From the sequence record DRR723986_8357: a DNA stretch of 50,290 nucleotides. One strand, written 5' to 3'. The notes below the pieces were generated by a model. It worked only from the letters and a program-made list of their open reading frames with translations. It was not told where the DNA came from and did no database searches. A program made the position numbers and the translations under genes. Positions 35,148-45,274 of this stretch are shown piece by piece. Every line of letters starts with the position of its first letter. The first letter of the stretch is position 1.

Positions 35148-36380
35148 CTACCTCAGGCCTCCACTGGCTGTCATCAGGGCCAGGATGAAGGCGATGTAGA
35201 CGTAACCCACAACGGAACCAACGGTGATAATCATCACTGGCTCAATGACACGTATAGCGTGCTTGAGGGAATCCAGGAGTGTTTGTTCAAGGGCAGCGGC
35301 GGCCTTCACTGCTGCCTCCCGCACGTGCCCTGTACGTTCTCCAACACGTAGCAAGCTTGGTAGCGGAAATGCTAAACAATCCTGTGCGTCAACTGCTTCG
35401 CCGGCAGGCTTGCCATCGGCTACCTGACGGGCAATGCCGTCTACACAACTTCGAAGATGTAAATTTGCAATGGAAGAAACCGAATTCTGCATCGCTTTTT
35501 GAAGTGGCATTCCACTACTTAGTAAGGCAGCCAGAGATGCTGCGTAACGCTGCGTATCGCGCATGCGGATGATTTGTCGTAATACCGGAATTCGCAGCAG
35601 TGTGCGGTGTGCAAGTCTTACCACCGATGGCTGTCGCGATGCGACGAACAAAGCTGCTACGGCGGTGAATGCTACGAGCAGTATTTGCCTGTAGGAGTGC
35701 TTTATGCAGTCCGAGGCGGTTAACAGAGATTGGGTCACCGCTGGTACTTCTCGTCCCGATGCAGCCAGGATGCTTGTCAGTTCGGGCAACGCAGTTGTAA
35801 CCAGATAGAGTGCCACCGCCAGCGACGCGACGGCGACAATCGTCGGGTAGGCTAACGCACCGATAACCTGGTTGCGAATTTTGCTTTGACTACGAAGGTG
35901 TTCACAGGCTTGTGCAAACGCTTTGGCCTGGTCGCCGGACTTTTCGCCCAGTTGCACCAACTGCAGGACGGTCTCATTGCTGGTAATTGTGCCAAGTGCT
36001 TCGCTGATCCTGCTGCCATCCAAGATGCGAGCATGAACGGCCAAGATCGCTCGGCGAACACTTTTAGAAGTGTTGCTGTCAGCTAGTTCTTCCAGAGCTT
36101 CGGCAATTGGGATTTTGCTGGCCAGGAGCTCGCTAATGGAACCAAGCAAATGAGCCAGTTTCCGGCCGCCAAGCTGCGTGCCGAACCAAGTCGTAATCGT
36201 AGTTGTTCGCGACAGCAATCCGGCAATCGATTTCCAAGGTATGGCGTGATTCTGCGGCACGATGCTTACAACTCGTCCGCTTGATCGCAGAGACTCTTTG
36301 GCAAGTTCCAGGCTCGAAGATTGCACCGACAGTCGTGTTACTTTTCCACCCGTGGTGCGGATGACCGCTTCAAATTGCAT
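35148..36380 (-). CDS. gspF: Type II secretion system F / PilC inner-membrane platform protein
   Basis: Two repeats (LL.S.IPI.EAL, GEKSG, AL.YP; LLSSGMPL, GERTG, IEP) with TM segments. Confidence 0.88.
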   Translation of the reverse strand: MQFEAVIRTTGGKVTRLSVQSSSLELAKESLRSSGRVVSIVPQNHAIPWKSIAGLLSRTTTITTWFGTQLGGRKLAHLLGSISELLASKIPIAEALEELADSNTSKSVRRAILAVHARILDGSRISEALGTITSNETVLQLVQLGEKSGDQAKAFAQACEHLRSQSKIRNQVIGALAYPTIVAVASLAVALYLVTTALPELTSILAASGREVPAVTQSLLTASDCIKHSYRQILLVAFTAVAALFVASRQPSVVRLAHRTLLRIPVLRQIIRMRDTQRYAASLAALLSSGMPLQKAMQNSVSSIANLHLRSCVDGIARQVADGKPAGEAVDAQDCLAFPLPSLLRVGERTGHVREAAVKAAAALEQTLLDSLKHAIRVIEPVMIITVGSVVGYVYIAFILALMTASGGLR

Positions 36381-36381
36381 G

Positions 36382-37701
36382 TCACAGTCCCCTTGTACAG
36401 GTTGATGCACTCAGGGGAAGAGCGTCGGAGGAAGTGGCGTCGATGGGGCTGGAGAAGCTGCGCAGTTCAAATTTTCCAATGCGACCGTTGGTCCCACTAC
36501 CTGCACAATAGACACACCCCTGCCCGGCGCAGTCGCCGCATCGACGCGGTTCAAGTTTCCCGGCGATTGCCAATCGAAGCGATTCGGTCAGAAGGTAATC
36601 TTCTACGCCGAGGTCAACTAAGCGAGTTTTCACTCCGTCAACATTTTGTGTGTGAATCGTGCTCAGCACTAAGTGGCCAGTCATTGCAGCTTGCGTTGCA
36701 ATTCGCGCGGTCTCAGCATCACGGATCTCACCAACCATGATGACGTCAGGGTCGTGGCGAAGCATCGTGCGGAGCGCGGTGGCAAAGTCGAGTTGGTTCT
36801 CGCCTCCCAGGGCGACTTGCGTTGCGTTGGCAATTTCATATTCCACCGGGTCTTCGACAGTCAGACCGCACTGAGTACCACCATCGAGCAGCTCGGACAT
36901 CATCGAAAACAGTGCAGTCGATTTTCCACTGCCGGTTGGGCCAGCGACGATGATCAATCCTCCTGTCGATGAGCAGGCGGATCGAATAGTGGCTTGTTGC
37001 GGCCCGCTGAATCCGAGTTGACCTAGAGTCGGAGCTCTGCTTGCGCGCGGAAGCAATCTGAGTGCAACGCGTTGTCCATACTGGGAGGGCAGAATCGAGA
37101 CGCGAATCTCAAAGGAGGCCCTCGGCGTTGAGTGTTGAAACTTGCCGTCTTGAGGTGAACTTTGCTCGGCGATATCCAGGCCAGCCATCACCTTGATTCG
37201 GTTTACGATCGCGCCGAATTCGTCGGGTTCAAATGGGCTGTAGTCGGCTAGGCTTCCGTCGATTCTCAGGCGAACCCCGACCAACTCAGCTTTGGGGTCC
37301 AGGTGGATATCTGTGGCGCGGAACCGATCTGCTAGCTCAAGAAGCGATTCCACTGATTGCGTAGCCGACTGCCTTGCGGATCGTAGTGAGTCACGGCCGC
37401 CGCCATTTCGCGAGCCTACGTAATGCGGCAGCCAGCCTCGCAGCCAGTTGCGAAACTCGGCCCCTTGGACCAAGTGCAGAACGCAAGAGCGATCAAAAAT
37501 CTTCGCGAAGGATTCTTCGGCGACACGGTGAAGCTTCGGCGACGAATCGTCGGGTGCAATTGCGTGTAGTTCAGATCCGATTGTACAAATCGGAGCTGCC
37601 TGAACGCGCAGGACCTCACGGCGAGCGGCAATGAACGTCTGTGGGCTGGGCTTGATCCGAGGCAAATCTAAGCAAGCCTGAGTGGCTTGGCAAAGACTCA
37701 T
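36382..37701 (-). CDS. gspE: GspE/PilB family assembly ATPase
   Basis: ATDIHLDP, RLRIDG, LDIAE..PQDG, Walker A GPTGSGKST, TVEDPVEY, LRHDPDVIMVGEIRD.ETA, TGHLVLSTIH, CxxC..CxxC. Confidence 0.93.
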   Translation of the reverse strand: MSLCQATQACLDLPRIKPSPQTFIAARREVLRVQAAPICTIGSELHAIAPDDSSPKLHRVAEESFAKIFDRSCVLHLVQGAEFRNWLRGWLPHYVGSRNGGGRDSLRSARQSATQSVESLLELADRFRATDIHLDPKAELVGVRLRIDGSLADYSPFEPDEFGAIVNRIKVMAGLDIAEQSSPQDGKFQHSTPRASFEIRVSILPSQYGQRVALRLLPRASRAPTLGQLGFSGPQQATIRSACSSTGGLIIVAGPTGSGKSTALFSMMSELLDGGTQCGLTVEDPVEYEIANATQVALGGENQLDFATALRTMLRHDPDVIMVGEIRDAETARIATQAAMTGHLVLSTIHTQNVDGVKTRLVDLGVEDYLLTESLRLAIAGKLEPRRCGDCAGQGCVYCAGSGTNGRIGKFELRSFSSPIDATSSDALPLSASTCTRGL

Positions 37702-38285
37702 TGGATATCCCTCCGATGTCGCTCACTGAGGACAATCGACCACTGCCCGGGTTCTCCGTTGCTGGAGGAATCGGGCGATTCTGATTCCCCTGACAGACTA
37801 CGGCAGACGAAGTTTAACTCAAGCTGGCGAACGAGATAGTGAACCTGGGTGAAGCTGGCTTGGAATTCGGCGTGATAGGTCTTGTCCGTTCGTGGGCCGT
37901 CTTCCGGAGGTAGCTGTTCAGCGATTTTCTTGGGCGCAATGCCGGCTGCTTCAAGAGCCGTCACTATTGCCGCTGTCGGTGAAGCAAGTCGATCGGCAGA
38001 CGCGATCGGCGCTGCCGAATCCAAAGCGGTGAATTGGTGGCTGCCGTCAACAGCCAGCTCTGCGAATTGAGTTTCGATACTGGCCAGCTTGTTGCGGCCG
38101 GCTGCCATTTCACGCTGCGTGTTCTCAAGCAGCCGCTCCGTCTCAAGCATTTCTTCCTTGAGCGACGCATTCTGCGTCAACATCGGGAAGCCAAACGCAG
38201 CCAAGTAGGCGAGCATCGTGGCTGCTACAATCAGGCCAGCGTGCATTCCAATCTTGTTTCTGTCCGTGGAGGTCGTATCAGTCAT
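37698..38285 (-). CDS. PilO/GspM-like alignment protein
   Basis: TM helix + coiled coil + F.ASF.QV...V.QLE; GGAGG RBS; position in the operon. Confidence 0.6.
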   Translation of the reverse strand: MTDTTSTDRNKIGMHAGLIVAATMLAYLAAFGFPMLTQNASLKEEMLETERLLENTQREMAAGRNKLASIETQFAELAVDGSHQFTALDSAAPIASADRLASPTAAIVTALEAAGIAPKKIAEQLPPEDGPRTDKTYHAEFQASFTQVHYLVRQLELNFVCRSLSGESESPDSSSNGEPGQWSIVLSERHRRDIQ

Positions 38286-39474
38286 GCAGCCTCCCGATCC
38301 GGCGAAATGGAGTGTTGTGGTTGTCGAGCGAGATTGCAATGCGGAATTCACAGGTCTGGTTTGTATCCGAGCTACTTGCATCGAGAAGCGAAACGACTAC
38401 CGAATCGAGAAGCGGTTCGCGCTCAAGGACTATCTCTAGGCGATCGGCGTACTCGGCTGCTGCAATCGCATTCAAGGCAACGCCCGTGATAGTGCAATCG
38501 TGTTCTACTTCGGCGCTTTCAGATGCAAGGCGTTGATCAAATTCGATGCCCTTAATCCATAGGTCGCCGTCGGAGCACTCGGCCAGGCTGTCGAAAATGA
38601 TGCGAATGTATGCTGCTTCTTGTTGGTTTCGCAATTTGGCGGAGACAAGCTGCGTCAGTGCTTCCTGGCGTGTCTCGGCATCTTTTTGTCTGCGAAGGAT
38701 GTTATTCTGGCTAGCGACCAATTGCGTTTGGATTTCGTCGAGGTCGCCTTTAAGTTGCTTGAATTGTGTCTGCTTGCTGCTGGCATCAGTGCGAAGTTTT
38801 GAGGACATCGAAGACAGATAGAAGTGAAAAGCACCTGTGCCAAGCAGTGCTGCGACGCAAGCGACCTGGATACTCCTGCGGTAGACGGCTTTCCGGCGTG
38901 GTTCGTTCGCACGTACAGTCGGGTATTGCTGTGCGTGCTCGGACAGTGTCTCCAGAATGTCGTCGTCTGCGAGTTCGTCCGCTTGTAAGTCGTCTGTCAG
39001 TTCAGCGGGCACTGCGCCGAAATAATCAACGTGGAATCCTTGAGCGTATGCCGACGATTCAACGCAGTGTTGTTCCGTTCGGTCACACTGGGTCACATTC
39101 CAAACCTGCCCTGCGGCGAGCGTTTTGTCGATGTAGGTTGCTGTCGTTTCGGGAGGCAGGGCTGACTGCAATTCCGACTCGGACGCAATCGCCTGCGGTA
39201 ACTCTTGCTTTGTAAGCGTGCCTGCGAGGTCGGCGGTCAGTTCAATCTGCCCCGACCAGCAGTGGTGTGAGAAGAAGCGAACACGCTTGGCGAGAGAGCG
39301 ACCCGTTTGACAGCAAATCATCAGCGCTTGGGCGCAGGTCGTGTTGGGAGTGCTAGCAAACGTTTCACTTGTGCACCGATGGCTCTCCGACCGACGATCA
39401 AATTCAGAGTCGACATCCAAACGGAGGATCCGATTGGGCAGTTGAATTACGGTGGTAGAAGAGAGTTGTGACAC
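38278..39474 (-). CDS. PilN/GspL-like protein
   Basis: Cytoplasmic domain, TM helix, coiled coil, then LWIKGI...ITGVA......YADRLE (PilN-type). Confidence 0.65.
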   Translation of the reverse strand: MSQLSSTTVIQLPNRILRLDVDSEFDRRSESHRCTSETFASTPNTTCAQALMICCQTGRSLAKRVRFFSHHCWSGQIELTADLAGTLTKQELPQAIASESELQSALPPETTATYIDKTLAAGQVWNVTQCDRTEQHCVESSAYAQGFHVDYFGAVPAELTDDLQADELADDDILETLSEHAQQYPTVRANEPRRKAVYRRSIQVACVAALLGTGAFHFYLSSMSSKLRTDASSKQTQFKQLKGDLDEIQTQLVASQNNILRRQKDAETRQEALTQLVSAKLRNQQEAAYIRIIFDSLAECSDGDLWIKGIEFDQRLASESAEVEHDCTITGVALNAIAAAEYADRLEIVLEREPLLDSVVVSLLDASSSDTNQTCEFRIAISLDNHNTPFRRIGRLHD

Positions 39475-39480
39475 GATTGG

Positions 39481-40437
39481 CTACCTCAATTCCATTTCGA
39501 TGCGCGAGTCAGATAGGCCGGTCACGATGAAGTTATGTACAAAGCTCTTGAGTGTTATCGTCTCTCCGGCATCGAGTACATCATCTCCATCGGTGTCTAG
39601 CCACTTGATACCTCGGGCGGCGTAGTGGCCGTGAATGGCGTCGACAACCGTCACTTCGAAAGATCCAACGGCGGCAACCGGAAGAAGGTTCTCTTCGGCA
39701 GCCCCGGTGGTCCCCCCTGCTCCGTTCACAGAATAGACAAGCACGGCAAGCTGTTCGGTCCCGGCAGCCGTGGGATCAATCCGAGCTTGCGTGGTTGCGT
39801 CGATTTCAAACAATCTAAAACTGAAGTCGCTCGAGTATTCAGACTGTGGAATTTCAACGCTCAGATTCGCTCGGTAGCCCGTTTCGGGGACCGAGGAATC
39901 AGCGTCGGAGCCATACGAAGTGAAGTCGAAAGTCCCGCCGTCCGGGTCGACTAAGATAGCATTGCCCCACCCATCGAGAGCCGAACTAGCGCCGACGCCC
40001 AATTGCATGTAGGGGCCATTCCATCCTGTCGAGAGCGTAACATCGTCCAGGCCGTCGCGGTCTGAATCGAACGACTGCGCAGCGTGGGCAATGATCCCGC
40101 CTGGCTGCGTGAACAAGTCGGCTGTTGAACTCGGCAGCATGCCGGTATCTGCAATGTAGCCCGTAACAATCACTTGACCATCGGGCTGGCGCAGATACGT
40201 TGGCCCCGTCGTGCTGTCACGTAAATCACCAAGCAGTGCTTGAGTGGCTTCGTACCTGGACTGGTCAGCCAAGGGCGCGACGGATCGGACCGCAATTGTC
40301 GAAAGCGCGGCCAGGATGGCCAGCGAAACGACCATCTCAAGCAGCGTCATGCCGCGGCGAAAGTGGATGTTAAATCCAATTGTGGGTTGAGAATTACTGT
40401 GCCGACTATCGAAGCATAAGTGAGACATACTCGTCAT
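39481..40437 (-). CDS. Prepilin / pseudopilin (N-methylation motif)
   Basis: RRG|MTLLEMVVSLAILAAL; GWNGPY; DGWG. Confidence 0.9.
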   Translation of the reverse strand: MTSMSHLCFDSRHSNSQPTIGFNIHFRRGMTLLEMVVSLAILAALSTIAVRSVAPLADQSRYEATQALLGDLRDSTTGPTYLRQPDGQVIVTGYIADTGMLPSSTADLFTQPGGIIAHAAQSFDSDRDGLDDVTLSTGWNGPYMQLGVGASSALDGWGNAILVDPDGGTFDFTSYGSDADSSVPETGYRANLSVEIPQSEYSSDFSFRLFEIDATTQARIDPTAAGTEQLAVLVYSVNGAGGTTGAAEENLLPVAAVGSFEVTVVDAIHGHYAARGIKWLDTDGDDVLDAGETITLKSFVHNFIVTGLSDSRIEMELR

Positions 40438-40960
40438 CTCCTATGTCCGCGGTCGTCAGCGAACCGGTGGCGGTGCCGCTGGGGATGTCAACGACGCCAT
40501 TCGGGCCAGCACTAACGATGCGGATCTGCCGAGGCGACGCCGATGGGCTAGGATCTTGAACGACGAGTGCATTGTTCCAGGAGTCGATTAACTGTCTGGT
40601 GCCCGATACCACTTCATCACCGGTAGCGAAATCGACGTATTGGCCTCGCCATCCGATTCGCGAGTTTGGGTCGAAGTCGATCGTCCCGTCGCCGGTGCTT
40701 GGATTTTCAAAAAGCCAATTCAATTCGACACGATTCGACTCAGTTGCGACGGTTCCAACTCCATCCATTGGAAGGAGCTTCGTGTCTTGCCAGTAGTCGA
40801 GCATGGCGGAGCGAGCCGCCGCGAGGGTTCCACGAGTCGCGTTGACGCGACTGGATGTTACCGTTTCAGATAGGACCGGCACGACCAATGCAGAGAGTGC
40901 GGCCAAAACGGTGAGTACAATTGTGAGCTCGACGAGCGTAAATGCTGTGCGACGAAGCAT
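40406..40960 (-). CDS. Prepilin / GspG-like pseudopilin
   Basis: RRTA|FTLVELTIVL; GWRGQY; DSWNN; IVSAGPNG. Confidence 0.9.
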   Translation of the reverse strand: MLRRTAFTLVELTIVLTVLAALSALVVPVLSETVTSSRVNATRGTLAAARSAMLDYWQDTKLLPMDGVGTVATESNRVELNWLFENPSTGDGTIDFDPNSRIGWRGQYVDFATGDEVVSGTRQLIDSWNNALVVQDPSPSASPRQIRIVSAGPNGVVDIPSGTATGSLTTADIGDDEYVSLMLR

Positions 40961-41088
40961 GGCGAGGTCCCCGGCAACATGGGTGGCAAACCAGATCGTG
41001 TTTCACCCAATCCAAGGCAATGGACTGGAGTGGTCGACGAGTGGCTGGGTTCAGGCACAGCCGGGGGGATGGCGCCTGATGGAATTGC

Positions 41089-41119
41089 GAGCAGGTTGGT
41101 CCGGTGGAACAACCTGCTC
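41089..41119 (-). terminator. Stable hairpin downstream of the first pilin gene
   Basis: GAGCAGGTTG / CAACCTGCTC perfect 10-bp arms, 22 nt past the stop codon; no clear U-tract. Confidence 0.55.
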
Positions 41120-41141
41120 AGCTTGGTCTTTTCAGTTAGTC

Positions 41142-41873
41142 TTAGGTGTCAGACGCTGATTCGAAGTAGTTGGCGATGTTCTCGCCGAGCGTCGTGCCTG
41201 TTGGAGTGATGACTGTTTTCAGTCTTGCTCGTTCAAGTGGATCCGTTCCATCGGTAATTTGGAAGACAGCGATGAAACGTCCGTAAACGGTCTCGGGGTT
41301 CAATGTGTCGCTCTCCGGGAAATAGACCGGAGCATCGATGGTCGTCGTACCGGTCATTTCTGACTGCGAGCCGATGCCGAAGCAGACGTACTTCCCGAGC
41401 GTTCCGGATGTTTCCAGTCCCATCGACTGCTGTGCAGCCGCAGTGAGCCCTTTGACGATCGTCGTGCTACTTAGCGTGGTGATCGTTGGAAGATCGAAAG
41501 TCGTGTCACCTGCTGAGTGGATTCCAACGCTGTTGATTCCGGCCGCATTCAGGGTAGCAAGCGTTCCGGCAGAAAGCGTGACATCGGCCGTAACCGCAGT
41601 CAGGCCTGTTGTGAGCGTGTCGAGGTCAGTGCCAGTGAGATCTGACATCAAACCGTCCAGGTTGTCTGGATACGATAGATACATCGTTTCATAACGCTGG
41701 ATTGCGTTGGAAACCTCAGCGATATTTGCTGACGCGGTTCCAGCGTTGGTGCGCTGAACCATGTCGGATACCGCTGGGATCAAGACTGAGGCGAGCCCCG
41801 CAAGGACCATCAAGACAACGATTAGCTCTATGAGCGTAAAGCCCTGGCGGCGTTTTGCTTTGGAGACTGACAT
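41142..41873 (-). CDS. Prepilin, probable major pilin, Thr-rich
   Basis: KRRQG|FTLIELIVVLMVLAGLASVLIP; first gene of the cluster. Confidence 0.9.
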   Translation of the reverse strand: MSVSKAKRRQGFTLIELIVVLMVLAGLASVLIPAVSDMVQRTNAGTASANIAEVSNAIQRYETMYLSYPDNLDGLMSDLTGTDLDTLTTGLTAVTADVTLSAGTLATLNAAGINSVGIHSAGDTTFDLPTITTLSSTTIVKGLTAAAQQSMGLETSGTLGKYVCFGIGSQSEMTGTTTIDAPVYFPESDTLNPETVYGRFIAVFQITDGTDPLERARLKTVITPTGTTLGENIANYFESASDT

Positions 41874-42347
41874 GACGAGAACTTTCTCTATCTGTACGGG
41901 CATCAAACTGTTGGCGTACGAGGATGGGGCTCCTCTACGTGTGCTCGTTAAGGTTCAACGAATTGTCCAAACCTAGCACGGGTTTTGCGCAGTGAGCGGA
42001 AAGCACGGAAAAAATCGCAAAAGTTCGCTGATTTGCCCAATCGACGCCAAGAAATGCCGCAAGCGCGTATTCTATCCACCCTTTACGGTGGGTTCAGTCT
42101 CTCCTCGTGTGGGTGGCGTGCTCAATTTGAAGCGGGAAAGGCCCATTCGGAATGAGCACCGACCGCTCACAACCGTGAAAAACACGTTCGCTCTTCGATT
42201 AGTGGCGGCACAGTTTACTGGTGCAGTGGCGTTGAATTGGAGGTGATTTCCTGACAGGCGACACCGAAACTGTTAGACTCTCGGCGAACGATATGCAGGT
42301 CAAAATCCGGGTGTGATTTTGGCGTCAGGAATTGGAGTGCGTTATTG

Positions 42348-43685
42348 ATGACCAACAAGATGTATGCTCGCGCCGGAATGTTGATTGCTGTGTTTCTGGC
42401 TTCGCCGCAGGTGTTTGCCGAAGACTGGCCTCAGTGGCGCGGGGAGGACGGGCGAGGAATTTCGTCAGAGGAAGGACTTGCAACCGAGTGGTCCGCTGAA
42501 GAGAACATCCGTTGGCGCTCTCCGCTGCCCGGCCAAGGTGGGGCGACGCCAGTGATTTGGGGGGACACCGTTTTTGTCACCTCTGCCGATGGTGACGATC
42601 TCGTTCTGCTGTCCATCAACAAGTCGACTGGGAAGCAGAACTGGGTTCGTAAGGTTACTGACGGCAACGAACAAGCGCGTGCCAGTGAGGGGAATTCGGC
42701 TTCGGCGTCTCCCAGTACCGATGGAGAGCACGTTTGGGTGATGTTCTCTCGAGGGGACAAATTCAGAAGCGCGATTCTTGCGTGTTTTGATTTCGAGGGA
42801 AACGAAGTCTGGAAGTTCGATATTGCCGAGCGTTTTGAGCCAGTTGATATCCAATTCGGACTTACCAGCACACCAGTGCTCGACGGAGACTCACTGTATC
42901 TCCAACTCATTCATGGCGAAATGCGTCAGGATAGTGATGCAAGAACCGGACGGGTTGTCCGCCTAAACAAACTGACTGGCGAAACGATATGGAACGTTGA
43001 ACGTACCACCGATGCACAGCATGAGAACAAGCACTCATATGCATCGCCATTTATGTACGATGACGGCAAACGCAAATTCTTGGTCGCCCATGGAGCCGAT
43101 TGTACGACGGGGCATGATCTCAAGACCGGTAAAGAGCTTTGGCGTTTTGCCAGCCTAAATGGACCGAATAAGATCAATAAAGGGAAGTTCGACCTCTTCT
43201 TCCGTTTCGTTTCTTCCCCGGCGGTCGGTGATGGAATCATTGTCATCCCTTCATGCAAACGCGGTCCCGCCGTTGCCCTACGGGTTGATGAAAATTTGAA
43301 CGGGCTCATTGGCGAAGAATCGGATTCAATCATGTGGAGTCTTGAGAGGACGCCGGATGTTTCCATTCCGCTGATCGTCGGCGACTTGGTGTATCTCCTT
43401 GATAAAGATGGTAAGCTTCGTTGCGTCGAGCGAGAATCCGGTGAGGAAGTTTACTACAAGCGAACTCACAACGTTCAATATCGATGCAGCCCTGTGTATG
43501 CAGATGGTCGAATCTACTACTGTGGAAAAGACGGATTGTGCACGGTCGTCAAAGCAGGGCGTGATTTTGAGATCATTTCTGAAAACGCGATGGGAGGCGA
43601 AGACATCACGGCGTCCATCGCCATTTCCGATGGAAGCCTCTATATCCGAACTTACGATGCTCTGTATTCCATCGGCGGGCAGTGA
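42348..43685 (+). CDS. PQQ-binding-like beta-propeller repeat protein, secreted
   Basis: Signal peptide, DWPQWRG, repeated TG...W and SP motifs, ASIAISDGSLYIRT. Confidence 0.9.
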   Translation: MTNKMYARAGMLIAVFLASPQVFAEDWPQWRGEDGRGISSEEGLATEWSAEENIRWRSPLPGQGGATPVIWGDTVFVTSADGDDLVLLSINKSTGKQNWVRKVTDGNEQARASEGNSASASPSTDGEHVWVMFSRGDKFRSAILACFDFEGNEVWKFDIAERFEPVDIQFGLTSTPVLDGDSLYLQLIHGEMRQDSDARTGRVVRLNKLTGETIWNVERTTDAQHENKHSYASPFMYDDGKRKFLVAHGADCTTGHDLKTGKELWRFASLNGPNKINKGKFDLFFRFVSSPAVGDGIIVIPSCKRGPAVALRVDENLNGLIGEESDSIMWSLERTPDVSIPLIVGDLVYLLDKDGKLRCVERESGEEVYYKRTHNVQYRCSPVYADGRIYYCGKDGLCTVVKAGRDFEIISENAMGGEDITASIAISDGSLYIRTYDALYSIGGQ

Positions 43686-44003
43686 TGCTAGCAAACCTTA
43701 CGTGCCCTCAAGGCGCGCGTTTGCGGTTACTCGAAACGGTTTGGCAGCTAGCTGATATTGACTCCATCGGATTTCAGCAAGTAGCTTGCTCGAATCAGCA
43801 AGAAGGTCGTGGGACCTCAATTTGCAAGGCCCATACGCGGGCTTAAAACCAAACCACGAGTTTTTCGGAATGAATTGGCCAGCCGCAATGGAGTTCGGAG
43901 CTGGTTGATTTACCAAGTTTTGCTGCCAGGACGTTGTCTTGGTCGCGGACGCGGGTTCTGCGCACACAGATTTTCCGGTGGAGCTCAAACCTCTAGGTCA
44001 AGG

Positions 44004-45179
44004 ATGACCCCTTCCATGTCAACGACTGAAAAGACACCCGTTGCGCTCTTGGATGTTTCGCGAGGCAACCAGCCGCTACGCGACGAAATTCTGGAAGCGA
44101 TCGCAGAAGTTTATGACAGCGGACGCTTTCTATACGGACCTGCTGTTGGGCAGTTAGAACAACAGGTTGCCGAAGTCTCCAATACGACCCATGCGGTCGG
44201 CTGCGCCTCGGGAAGCGACGCGCTTCTGCTGGCATTGATGGCCAATGATGTTGGGCCTGGCGACGAAGTGATCGTGCCTTCATTTACATTCTTTGCAACC
44301 GCGAGTTGTGTCGAACGTGTGGGCGCGAAGATTGTTTTTGCAGACATTGATCCAGACACTTACAACATGTGTCCTGAATCGCTGAAGGATAAGATTACAT
44401 CCAAGACTGCCGCAATTATCCCTGTTCACTTGTTCGGACAAGCGGCAGCACTGGACAAGATTTGCGGAATTGCCGCCGAGCACGACATTCCGGTTATCGA
44501 AGACGCAGCTCAGGCCCTCGGCGCTGCGTACCACGGCCGACCCGTTGGTAGCTGGGGCCAGTGTGGCTGCATCAGTTTTTACCCAACCAAGAACCTGGGT
44601 GGGATCGGCGATGGCGGGATGTTGACGACCAGTTCAGATAGCTTTGCCGACCGCCTGCGTCTGTGCTCTTCGCACGGCATGCGACCTCGCTACTACCATT
44701 CCATGGTTGGTATCAATAGTCGACTTGATACGATCCAGGCAGCAGCCTTGACGATCAAGATGAAGCACCTAGAAACGTACACGACTGCTCGGCAAACCAA
44801 TGCGGGCAATTACACCAAGCTCTTTGGTGAATCGAAGATCGACGCGGCATCCGTGTCACTCCCGAAAGTGGATCCGGCTGCCAATCACGTTTGGAATCAA
44901 TACAGTCTTCGCATCGGCGAAGGAAAGCGTGACGAGCTACGCGGCTACTTAGCAGATCGAGGAATCGGTTCGGAGATTTACTATCCGATTCCGTTGCACA
45001 TGCAAGAGTGTTTTGCATACTGCGGCTACAGCGAAGGCAGTCTGCCGGTCTCGGAGCAAGCATCCAAGGAGATTCTCCATCTCCCGATCTACCCCGAGCT
45101 AACGCTTGCGGAGCAGGAAACGGTTGTCTCTGCGATTACCGAATTCTACGCTACGGGACGTGCACGCAACGCTGCCTAA
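44004..45179 (+). CDS. DegT/DnrJ/EryC1/StrS PLP-dependent sugar aminotransferase
   Basis: ASGSDAL, GDEVIVPSFTFFAT, IIPVHLFGQ, IEDAAQA, SFYPTKNLG, NSRLD.IQAA, YYP.PLH; start 44004 or 44016. Confidence 0.93.
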   Translation: MTPSMSTTEKTPVALLDVSRGNQPLRDEILEAIAEVYDSGRFLYGPAVGQLEQQVAEVSNTTHAVGCASGSDALLLALMANDVGPGDEVIVPSFTFFATASCVERVGAKIVFADIDPDTYNMCPESLKDKITSKTAAIIPVHLFGQAAALDKICGIAAEHDIPVIEDAAQALGAAYHGRPVGSWGQCGCISFYPTKNLGGIGDGGMLTTSSDSFADRLRLCSSHGMRPRYYHSMVGINSRLDTIQAAALTIKMKHLETYTTARQTNAGNYTKLFGESKIDAASVSLPKVDPAANHVWNQYSLRIGEGKRDELRGYLADRGIGSEIYYPIPLHMQECFAYCGYSEGSLPVSEQASKEILHLPIYPELTLAEQETVVSAITEFYATGRARNAA

Positions 45180-45197
45180 CGAAACACCGTTCATTCC

Positions 45198-45226
45198 CTT
45201 CCGGCTGCCTGTTGGCTAGCCGGAAG
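45198..45226. terminator. Hairpin between convergent genes
   Basis: CTTCCGGCT-GCC-TGTT-GGC-T-AGCCGGAAG. Confidence 0.55.
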
Positions 45227-45274
45227 CGATAAGGATTCGTCTTTCGTAATGCAAATCGTTGCCGCTGAGTAATC

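Noticed and set aside
41973-41990. Sigma54 promoter (TAGCAC-N5-TTGC) for the pilin operon
   Set aside because: Lacks the invariant GG and points away from the pilin genes
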